Source of the DNA: Anaerolineales bacterium
Lineage (GTDB): Bacteria > Chloroflexota > Anaerolineae > Anaerolineales > Villigracilaceae
Reading direction: 5' to 3'
DNA: 64,000 bases
NCBI GenBank assembly: GCA_035463255.1
Contig: DATHTL010000139.1
Location: 2,279-66,278 of the forward strand
Part shown: in pieces, positions 9,729-17,386 of the stretch
Position numbering within the stretch: position 1 is the first letter of the stretch
How the letters are laid out: the number at the start of each line of letters is the position of its first letter
Translations under genes and position numbers: made by a program
Notes under the pieces: model-generated
The model's database searches: none
What the model saw: only the letters and a program-made list of their open reading frames with translations
Told to the model about the DNA's origin: nothing

Positions 9729-9822
9729 CGAGAGTGGATGGGAGTCGAACCCACCGCGGCCCGCAACGCGACCCGCCACAGGTTTTGAAGACCAGGAAGC
9801 CCACCGGGACCTAACCACTCCC
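9729..9822 (-). tRNA. selC: tRNA-Sec (TCA anticodon)
   Basis: 94 nt. 8-bp acceptor stem (GGGAGTGG/CCACTCTC), 6-bp D stem (AGGTCC/GGGCTT), CTTCAAA loop, long variable arm, 5-bp T stem, G73. Upstream TTGCAA-17-TATCCT promoter-like sequence. Confidence 0.95.
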
Positions 9823-9929
9823 ATATGCACAATGGATGCAAGGATAATCGAAGCTAGAAGGGATTGCAAGAGAGTATCAAGCAGCCTCTGAAAGGTTTTC
9901 CCGCCCTATCTGATTGCGTGATGAGGAGA

Positions 9930-11642
9930 TTATCCCTCATGGATGTCTCCGTCATCGAGCAGGTGCGTCACATTACGGCCGCTGTGCTTGGCACAGTAAA
10001 GCGCCTGGTCGGCCCGCCCAAGCAAGAGATCCAGTTCACTGCCGGCATCTGCCACCCCAGACATTAGGTCGGTCACCCCGATGCTGAGCGTCACCGAGAC
10101 CAGGCCATTGCTGGTTTCGATCTGCAGGTCACGAATACCACAACGGATGCCCTCACCCACTTCATACGCTCTGCTGGCCATGGTTTCGGGCAGCAGAACA
10201 ACAAACTCCTCGCCCCCATAGCGACCGATGATATCGTTCTCGCGCAGCATGGACTGGATCGAGCTTGCAACGGTGATTAGAACCCTGTCGCCATTCAAGT
10301 GGCCGTGCTGGTCATTGATCCGTTTAAAATGGTCCACGTCGATCATCAAGACCGACACCGGCTGCCCGTTGAGCTTGGCTCGCTCGATTTCCAGCTTGGC
10401 CAGGTTATAGAACTGGCGCCGGTTATACAGATTGGTAAGCGGGTCGAACATGGCCATGTTGTGCAGCAGACTCTCCATCCGCTTGCGTTCCTCGATTTCA
10501 CGTTGGAGCTCAAGGTTATGCAACCGGTAGATTTCTGCATCGCGGATCGCGCTCTCTGATTGATGTGTTACCTTGAGGATAGCCAGCCGCCGTGACGTCT
10601 CTTCCCCGGTGGTGATCGCTTTCAACCGGTGGAACTGCTTATAGTGCTTTAGCGCGGCGAGCAAATCATTCTGACGCTCGGCAACCTCCGACAGGAGCTG
10701 GTGGCATTGGGCCTGGCTATCCGCCATTTCCTTTGCCTCAGCCATCTTCAAGGCTGCACGCAAACTGGCCTCTGCCTCATCCAGGCGGTTCCCGGCCAAA
10801 TACAACCTGCCTAATACAATCTGTTGGTAAATACTGACTAGTTGGTTTCCAGTCTCACTGCTCGCTTCCAGGCCGATACGGATGTATTCTTCTGCCCGAT
10901 GGTAATCACCCTTCTCGATCAGAATGTCGCCAACCGTACCGGCAAAGATAACAACCTCGGCTTGCATCTCTGTCTGCCGGGCCAATTGAAGGCTTTCCAG
11001 GCTGGCTTGCAGCGCTTCGTCGAGTTGACCGACTTCGAGCAATGTACAAGCCATATTGTTGAGTGTACGGGCCTGCCCCTCTGCATCGCCAACCTCACGA
11101 AAGATAGCAACCGACTGGTTATGCATGGCGATGGAACTTTCGGCATCACCGGAGGCTCCATCGCTGCTGGCAACAGCATCCAATGCCCAGGCTTCACGGT
11201 GCAGATCCCCTAGCTCACGGGCCAGGTTCAACGCCTTGATCCCATAGTCGAGTGCAGCGGGATAGTTCCCCAAATAGATATGGATCCAGGCCATCGCGAT
11301 CCACACATCGCTCAGCGCCGGAACGGGTGGTAGATCCTTCAGGAGGGATAATGCTTCAATACACTGCGAAATGGCCTGGTCGGGTTTGCCACAATCGGCG
11401 TTGACAATTGCCATGGTCGCGAGGCTGGCCGCTTGCCCCAGACGATAGGGAACAAGTTCAAACTCTCCGGTACTGGCCAGCGCGATAGCCTGGGTGCACA
11501 ATTCATAAGAACGCTCTTTTTGCCCAATCCGTAATTTCCAGGCCAGATGGTTGAGGTCATCGATTTCCCTCTGTGCCGCGAGTATTTGCAGCGACAACTT
11601 CTCAATCTGCTGGAACCGGGAGAATACTTGACTCATGACCAT
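9930..11642 (-). CDS. TPR-repeat diguanylate cyclase (GGDEF domain)
   Basis: N-terminal TPR helices, then DPLTNLYNRR, DVDHFKRIND, REND I-site and GRYGGEEF. Confidence 0.93.
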   Translation of the reverse strand: MVMSQVFSRFQQIEKLSLQILAAQREIDDLNHLAWKLRIGQKERSYELCTQAIALASTGEFELVPYRLGQAASLATMAIVNADCGKPDQAISQCIEALSLLKDLPPVPALSDVWIAMAWIHIYLGNYPAALDYGIKALNLARELGDLHREAWALDAVASSDGASGDAESSIAMHNQSVAIFREVGDAEGQARTLNNMACTLLEVGQLDEALQASLESLQLARQTEMQAEVVIFAGTVGDILIEKGDYHRAEEYIRIGLEASSETGNQLVSIYQQIVLGRLYLAGNRLDEAEASLRAALKMAEAKEMADSQAQCHQLLSEVAERQNDLLAALKHYKQFHRLKAITTGEETSRRLAILKVTHQSESAIRDAEIYRLHNLELQREIEERKRMESLLHNMAMFDPLTNLYNRRQFYNLAKLEIERAKLNGQPVSVLMIDVDHFKRINDQHGHLNGDRVLITVASSIQSMLRENDIIGRYGGEEFVVLLPETMASRAYEVGEGIRCGIRDLQIETSNGLVSVTLSIGVTDLMSGVADAGSELDLLLGRADQALYCAKHSGRNVTHLLDDGDIHEG

Positions 11643-11982
11643 CTTCTTTCTACCTGTACAGGGATTTAAACTACCTACGCTAAGGAGCCAACAGTTGTAG
11701 CATTAAGGTCGAATGAAACCTGGCCTTGGGATACGGTCGGATGTGAAAAATGCACCGCATGGAAAGCTCCCATTTGTAAAAAGGATTGTATAACTTTGGG
11801 GAAGGAATTGTCCTTTCAATGTATTTACAGGTTAAATAGTTATAGCCGCACCGATACGCCCCATGAACGATCAGCCCCCACCACTGGGCAGTTTAATTGT
11901 CAGTCAGATTCCGAGCCACATGTGACGCGTAGACGCGAAAAATTCCCCACCGTTATGCTGGTCCATTGTCTGCTTCTGGAAT

Positions 11983-12129
11983 TCAAAATACCAGAATCAC
12001 CCACCACAGATAGGTCAAGATCAATACCCCAAAAAGACCTATGGCCTGCCGCTCTCGTCCGCTTGCCTGTAGGTAACTAACACGCCAGTATTTGACTTTT
12101 CGCTTAAGTTTTTCTTCTATTCGTTTCAT
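11983..12129 (-). CDS. Putative 48-aa single-pass membrane peptide (below the ORF-track cutoff)
   Basis: MKRIEEKLKRKVKYWRVSYLQASGRERQAIGLFGVLILTYLWWVILVF*. Basic N-terminus and C-terminal TM helix; no clear SD. Confidence 0.5.
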   Translation of the reverse strand: MKRIEEKLKRKVKYWRVSYLQASGRERQAIGLFGVLILTYLWWVILVF

Positions 12130-12350
12130 GGCATTGGTCTACACATATAACTAAAAACATGATATTGCGTACCTTCATACTATGAATACTAAGACGCAAA
12201 CTATGGGCAAATGTTACAAAACAGTGAGACAGGAGGCAATGGGGAACCCTCCGACTTTTCAGTAGGGAGAAAAACTCTGTAGGTGGGGATTTCATCAATT
12301 GGAGCGAGAAAATTTGCACTCACCTTGGTCCCACGGGCCAAAAAGAAAAT

Positions 12351-12381
12351 AAAAGAGACTCACTGAGTGAGCCTCTCTTTT
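12351..12381 (-). terminator. Intrinsic terminator next to a tRNA-Pro 3' remnant
   Basis: AAAAGAGACTCACTGAGTGAGCCTCTCTTTT hairpin with an A-run on its left side. Confidence 0.7.
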
Positions 12382-12383
12382 AG

Positions 12384-12400
12384 CAGGGCGAGAGAATTTG
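12384..12400 (-). repeat. Degenerate direct repeat of the tRNA-Pro 3' end (att-like scar)
   Basis: CAGGGCGAGAGAATTTG vs CGGGGCGAGAGGATTTG (13024-13040): 15/17 identical, and both are followed on the minus strand by a terminator. Confidence 0.65.
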
Positions 12401-12524
12401 TGCCCGGGCATACGATCTTGGCGCTATAGCGCCCCGCCGTACCGGAAAACACCGCCGCTCCAGCCGGATAAACCGGGTAGGTAAGCGCGCATAATGTAAG
12501 CCGATGATATACTGCGTACGTTTT

Positions 12525-12731
12525 TTAAAGTTTCTTCTTGCTTGATCGGACTGCGCTGCTTTCTTCTTCGCCCGTATCCCAACCATTCCACCAAATGGCT
12601 GCAAATGCCAGATTATGTGCTGCATAAGGGTTGTAACCACGGCGCTGACCTTCCGTGAAGGCCTGTTTTCCCTCCGCATATATAACTGCTTTTTTTGCGG
12701 CGGGGATAGTGGCGATTTTATATTTATGCAG
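12525..12731 (-). CDS. RMF-like (Rmf/CrpP-fold) small protein, 68 aa, CTG start
   Basis: TAAGGA SD, then CTG. MHKYKIATIPAAKKAVIYAEGKQAFTEGQRRGYNPYAAHNLAFAAIWWNGWDTGEEESSAVRSSKKKL carries the GxxAxxxGxxxxxNPY...WxxGW pattern. Confidence 0.7.
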   Translation of the reverse strand: MHKYKIATIPAAKKAVIYAEGKQAFTEGQRRGYNPYAAHNLAFAAIWWNGWDTGEEESSAVRSSKKKL

Positions 12732-12991
12732 GATTATTCCTTAGGTCGGGCGCCAATGACGGGGTTGGTAGAGTAGGGTCCACACAAAAAATTAACCTGC
12801 TGAAAAAACGGCTGCTACTGCCCATCAAAGAAGCAACGCAGTATCAAGGTCTCACAGCAATCGTTGTCTAATTCTTACAACATGTTTCACTTTTTCTGCA
12901 ACAACTCTCTCATTAATGCTTGTTGGCACTCCGCATACGTAAAATTAATTCGCACCGGACGCATACACGAAGCTCTTAGTAGGACCTAAAC

Positions 12992-13018
12992 AAAAAGACT
13001 CCATTTCTGGAGTCTTTT
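12992..13018 (-). terminator. tRNA-Pro terminator
   Basis: AAAAAGACTCCATTTCTGGAGTCTTTT hairpin. Confidence 0.75.
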
Positions 13019-13021
13019 CCT

Positions 13022-13097
<76 letters not shown>

Positions 13098-13132
13098 ATG
13101 TTTTTGTGCCCTACCCCGATCGGCAGACCAAC

Positions 13133-13194
13133 ATTATAGTCGCGTTTGAATATTCCTGCAACCGAATGACATTCACTCCTGATTATGCTACAAT
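13133..13194. promoter_or_regulatory. Back-to-back sigma70-type promoters (tRNA-Pro on minus; nuclease-dnaB operon on plus)
   Basis: Minus: TTGCAG-17-TATAAT (13161-13133). Plus: ATGACA-17-TACAAT with extended TG (13166-13194). Confidence 0.6.
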
Positions 13195-13233
13195 ACATAA
13201 AATCAGCTGGTATTCTCACCACCTGGAGTTTCT

Positions 13234-13830
13234 ATGCCTGAGATGATTGAAGTGCAAATTGACAGCGTCCGTGTGCATCTGATGACGCCACAACGTCTCG
13301 TCGTTTTAAAACAACTTGGTTCTGAGCGCTATCTTCCGATCTGGGTTGGCCCGTACGAAGCCGAAGCGATTACTGTTGCCCTTCAGGAAGTGGAAATGAT
13401 CCGCCCTCTGACGCACGATCTGCTGAAAAATGTGTTTGGTGCATTCAATGCCCGCATCAAGCGGATCGAGATCGTCAAACTGCAGAATGAGATTTTTTAT
13501 GGCAACATCGTCGCGGAAGTGGATGGAAGAGAAGTCAATGTAGACTCGCGCCCCTCGGATGCGATCGCCCTGTCGGTGCGCGCGCACGTGCCCATCCTGG
13601 TCCACTACACCGTCATGGACGAAGCCGGCATTGTGCCCGAGCAGGATATCCCCGAAGGCGAGGAAACGCCCGAGAAAAGCGAACCCGCTCCGTTATCGGA
13701 AGAAAGCACCGAACGTCTGTCTGTCTTTGAAGATTTTCTTGAAAAGCTAGAATTTGATAAACCTGATGATAAGAATGATGACGATGATGACCCCTCGGGG
13801 TCGGATAAACCGAAAAAGCCAAAGAAATGA
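13234..13830 (+). CDS. Bifunctional nuclease family protein (DUF151)
   Basis: LPIWVGPYEAEAI, RPLTHDLL and DSRPSDAIAL motifs. Confidence 0.92.
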   Translation: MPEMIEVQIDSVRVHLMTPQRLVVLKQLGSERYLPIWVGPYEAEAITVALQEVEMIRPLTHDLLKNVFGAFNARIKRIEIVKLQNEIFYGNIVAEVDGREVNVDSRPSDAIALSVRAHVPILVHYTVMDEAGIVPEQDIPEGEETPEKSEPAPLSEESTERLSVFEDFLEKLEFDKPDDKNDDDDDPSGSDKPKKPKK

Positions 13831-15203
13831 CCGATTACCTGCCAACTGAAAACACCTCCGCCCCCGCAACGCAAACCGCAGTCCCTCATAGCCGAGAAGC
13901 TGAAGAAGCCGTCGTTGGGGCGGTATTTATTAATCCCGAAGTCTATTATGACGTTGCCCAGTTCCTGATCGCGGACGATTTTTATATCCACCGCCACAGG
14001 TGGATCTGGGAGGCCTTCACCAGCCTGCACGAACAACGCATCCCGATTGACCTGTTGACGGTTTCCGATGAATTGGACCGCCGCGGCCAGTTGGGCGAAA
14101 TTGGCGGCCCCGCCTACCTGACGTCACTTGTTAACCAGGTGCCGTCGTCGCTCAATGCCGAGTCATACGGGCGGATTGTGGAGGGATATTCCATCCGCCG
14201 CAAGATGATCAATGCCGCGAACCAGATCGCGTCGGTGGCTTACAACGAGCGGACGAACGTGGACGATGTGATGGATGAGGCCGAGAAAGCCGTGTTCAAC
14301 GTCAGCGAGCGGCGCCTCAAGCATGACCTCGAGCCGATCTCGTCCGTATTGAGCGAGTACTACGACCGTATCGATGACCTGGCCAAACGCCCCGATGAAT
14401 TTTTTGGCGTGCCGACTGGCTTCATCGACCTCGACAAAATGCTGACCGGCCTGCAGCCCTCCGACCTGTTGATCATCGCCGGCCGCCCGGGGCAGGGCAA
14501 GACCGGCTTCCTGCTTTCGATTGCCAAGGCCGCCGGGTTGACACATAAGAAGCATGTAGCGATCTTCTCATTGGAAATGTCCAATGAGCAGGTCGTGCAA
14601 AGGTTGATCGCCCAGGAAACCGGGATCGACTCGCAGCGCTTGCGCACCGGCAAGCTTCATGACAACGAATGGCCATTGTTCACTCATGCCATCGAAGTCT
14701 TCGGCGATACCCACATCTATCTTGACGATACGCCTGCGATCACACCCTTGCAGTTGCGCACCAAATGCCGCCGCCTGCACATGGAATTTGGCCTGGACCT
14801 GGTCATTATCGATTACCTCCAGCTGATGGGCGGGGATACTCGTAATGACAACCGCGTGCAGGAAGTTTCCTACATTTCAAGAAATTTGAAGATCCTGGCC
14901 CGTGAGTTGAACGTACCGGTCCTGGCTGCCGCTCAATTGTCACGTGCCGTCGAACAGCGCTCCGACAAACGTCCAGTGCTCTCCGATTTGAGAGAGTCGG
15001 GATCACTGGAGCAGGACGCCGATATCGTCATGTTCATCTACCGCCCGGACCAGTATGAAAAAGATACCGTTAAACAGAACGTTGCAGAGATCATCATTGC
15101 CAAACATCGTAATGGTCCTGTGGGAAGCGTAGAGCTGGTCTTCCGCAATGAGCTGGCCAAGTTCGAGAACGCTGCAACGAGGGTATTTAGACCGAACGAA
15201 TAA
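13827..15203 (+). CDS. dnaB: Replicative DNA helicase DnaB
   Basis: PHSREAEEAV, GRPGQGKT, FSLEMS, IIDYLQLM, QLSRAVEQR, DLRESGSLEQDAD, KHRNGP. No intein. Confidence 0.97.
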   Translation: MTDYLPTENTSAPATQTAVPHSREAEEAVVGAVFINPEVYYDVAQFLIADDFYIHRHRWIWEAFTSLHEQRIPIDLLTVSDELDRRGQLGEIGGPAYLTSLVNQVPSSLNAESYGRIVEGYSIRRKMINAANQIASVAYNERTNVDDVMDEAEKAVFNVSERRLKHDLEPISSVLSEYYDRIDDLAKRPDEFFGVPTGFIDLDKMLTGLQPSDLLIIAGRPGQGKTGFLLSIAKAAGLTHKKHVAIFSLEMSNEQVVQRLIAQETGIDSQRLRTGKLHDNEWPLFTHAIEVFGDTHIYLDDTPAITPLQLRTKCRRLHMEFGLDLVIIDYLQLMGGDTRNDNRVQEVSYISRNLKILARELNVPVLAAAQLSRAVEQRSDKRPVLSDLRESGSLEQDADIVMFIYRPDQYEKDTVKQNVAEIIIAKHRNGPVGSVELVFRNELAKFENAATRVFRPNE

Positions 15204-15205
15204 TC

Positions 15206-15233
15206 GTAGGGATGAGCAGCTGGCCATCCCTAC
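15206..15233. repeat. GTAG-tagged REP palindrome
   Basis: GTAGGGATG-AGCAGCTGGC-CATCCCTAC. Confidence 0.7.
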
Positions 15234-15242
15234 ATAAAACCC

Positions 15243-15893
15243 ATGAAAACATTCCAGGGATTCACCGACTCAGAAACATTTACCCAACTGCCTGATACAT
15301 TTTTCCATCAATTGTTGAATCAAATTGATGAGGCGGCTGAGTTGAAAGTTACTTTGTATTTACTCTGGCGCGTGGAACACATGGATGGTCCCTTTCGCGC
15401 CCTGCGTGAAATCGATTTCGATGCGAAAGACTTGAGGCTGTCTGCGGAAGAGATCCGCGCAGGGATAGAAAACGCGGTAAAGCGCAGGACCATGCTGAGA
15501 GCGGAGCATAAAGCGGAAGTATTCTATTTCCTGAACTCTCCGCGTGGGCGCGCAGCTGCAAATGCATTTTTGCATGGTGAATATAAATCTACAGGCATTC
15601 CCGCTGTTCCATTGGAACGACCAAACATTTTCAGACTTTATGAAGAAAACATTGGTCCGCTCACGCCGTTGATCGCGGACGCATTGAAGGATGCAGAAGA
15701 AACCTATTCAGCAGAATGGATCTCTGAGACGATTGAATTAGCTGTGAAACACAATAAGCGCAGCTGGAAATATTGTGAAGCCATTCTGAAGCGTTGGAAG
15801 GAAGAAGGACGTGGCGAAAAGCAAGATAGACGAGACACTGAAAAAGATCGCGACAAATACATCAGGGGCGAATACGCCGATTACATCGAGTAG
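15243..15893 (+). CDS. DnaD-domain replication protein
   Basis: N-terminal winged-helix-like region; C-terminal NIFRLYEENIGPLTP...SWKYCEAILKRW (DnaD YxxxILxxW motif). Confidence 0.85.
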   Translation: MKTFQGFTDSETFTQLPDTFFHQLLNQIDEAAELKVTLYLLWRVEHMDGPFRALREIDFDAKDLRLSAEEIRAGIENAVKRRTMLRAEHKAEVFYFLNSPRGRAAANAFLHGEYKSTGIPAVPLERPNIFRLYEENIGPLTPLIADALKDAEETYSAEWISETIELAVKHNKRSWKYCEAILKRWKEEGRGEKQDRRDTEKDRDKYIRGEYADYIE

Positions 15894-17217
15894 TGGCGGA
15901 CAGCCATCCGCTTCTACTGGTCTTGGCGACCCGAACTGCCCGCATTGCGGCGGAGTCGGGTATTTGCGCGCCGATGTTCCGGTGGGACACCCCCGCTTCG
16001 GGCGGCTTGAGATCTGTATCTGCCGCCAGCGCGACGTCAGCCAGCAGGTACGCGAGCATTTATATTCACTCAGCCACCTCGATGAGTTAAAAGAGCTGAC
16101 GTTCAAGACATTTCAGCCGCGAGGAAAGGTTGGTTTGGGTGAGAAGCAGGCCAATTCACTGGAGATGGCATTCAACCAGGCAAATCATTATGCAAGGAAC
16201 TTAAGTGGTTGGCTGCTTTTGCAGGGCGGCTACGGTTGTGGGAAAACACATCTTGCCGCGGCGATCGCGAATTTTGCCGTCGGGATGGGCGTGCCAACGC
16301 TATTCTTAACCGTGCCAGACCTGTTGGATATGTTGCGTTTTTCATACGACAGTGAAGACACAACTTTCGAAGATCGCTTTAATGAAATCCGCAACGCCTC
16401 CCTGCTTGTGCTGGACGATTTTGGAACGCAAAACGCAACAGGCTGGGCACAGGAGAAGCTGTTCCAGATCATCAATTACAGGTACATCAACAAACTGCCA
16501 CTGGTAGTGACCACTAATCTCAGCCTGGATGAAATCGAGCCACGCTTCCGATCGCGGCTCTCGGACCGCGAGCTTGTTAGCGAAGTGCGCATCAACGCTC
16601 CCGATTATCGCCGCCCGCTGGACGATACTGGGCACCCCGAGCTTTCCTCGCTTTCGTTGATGACAAGAAAAACCTTTGGCTCCTTTGAGGATCGCACAAG
16701 CGAAGGACTCCAGCCGGATGAAATCAAGTCCATGCAAAAAGCATTGAAAGCCGCGCACGCCTTTGCAGAAAAGCCCAAAGGCTGGCTGGTCTTTATGGGC
16801 GGTTATGGCTCCGGGAAGACTCATCTGGCCGCGGCAATCGCCAACTATCGTGCCGGGCTTGGCGATCCTCCGCTCTTCATCATGGTCCCCGATCTGCTCG
16901 ATCACCTGCGGGCTACCTTTAGCCCCAACAGCAGTGTTGCTTTTGACCGCCGCTTCGATGAGATTCGCATGGCTCCCCTGCTCATTCTGGATGATCTGGG
17001 CACGCAGTCGATGACACCGTGGGTGCGTGAGAAGCTCTATCAACTCTTTAACTACCGTTACAATGCAGAACTTCCTACCGTAATTACAACATCTGACTCG
17101 CTCGACGAGATGGATCCTCGCATTCGTTCACGATTGTTAGATGGAAAACTCTGTTCTATCTACGCGATCACAGTCCCTGGCTATCACGGCAATCGCGGCA
17201 AGAAAATAAAAAAGTAA
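15811..17217 (+). CDS. DnaC/DnaI/IstB-like helicase loader with two tandem AAA+ domains
   Basis: GTG start after GAAGGA; CPHC...CIC zinc motif. Walker A twice (GGYGCGKT, GGYGSGKT), Walker B twice (LVLDDFG, LILDDLG), and RFRSRL/RIRSRL. Confidence 0.88.
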   Translation: MAKSKIDETLKKIATNTSGANTPITSSSGGQPSASTGLGDPNCPHCGGVGYLRADVPVGHPRFGRLEICICRQRDVSQQVREHLYSLSHLDELKELTFKTFQPRGKVGLGEKQANSLEMAFNQANHYARNLSGWLLLQGGYGCGKTHLAAAIANFAVGMGVPTLFLTVPDLLDMLRFSYDSEDTTFEDRFNEIRNASLLVLDDFGTQNATGWAQEKLFQIINYRYINKLPLVVTTNLSLDEIEPRFRSRLSDRELVSEVRINAPDYRRPLDDTGHPELSSLSLMTRKTFGSFEDRTSEGLQPDEIKSMQKALKAAHAFAEKPKGWLVFMGGYGSGKTHLAAAIANYRAGLGDPPLFIMVPDLLDHLRATFSPNSSVAFDRRFDEIRMAPLLILDDLGTQSMTPWVREKLYQLFNYRYNAELPTVITTSDSLDEMDPRIRSRLLDGKLCSIYAITVPGYHGNRGKKIKK

Positions 17218-17340
17218 CGCAGAGCGTCCCTTTGAACCATGCAAAGGAACTTTTCATACATTTCCAAGTCGATTTATGACATTTTTTATCAAATAAGTGA
17301 CAAAAATCATTGTATTTTCCTAATTTAGTTGATAAAATTC

Positions 17341-17373
17341 ATAAAAATAGCCTTTTAGAGGCTATTTTTTATT
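17341..17373. terminator. Terminator-like hairpin immediately upstream of the iron ABC RBS
   Basis: ATAAAAATAGCCT-TTTAG-AGGCTATTTTTTATT. Confidence 0.6.
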
Positions 17374-17386
17374 CCTAATCAGGAGG

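Noticed and set aside
12160-12215. c-di-GMP-I riboswitch, suggested by GACGCAAACTATGGG near the cyclase
   Set aside because: No upstream GGCAAAC/GNRA P2 stem, wrong strand for the cyclase, and a simple local hairpin explains it.
12380-12679. 99-aa ORF from the ORF track
   Set aside because: No recognisable motif and it runs through the structured and att-like region. The overlapping frame with SD + CTG has a clear RMF-like motif.
15811-17217. IS21 istB or prophage replication gene
   Set aside because: No istA transposase, terminal repeats or phage genes; it sits in an operon with dnaB and a DnaD-domain gene.
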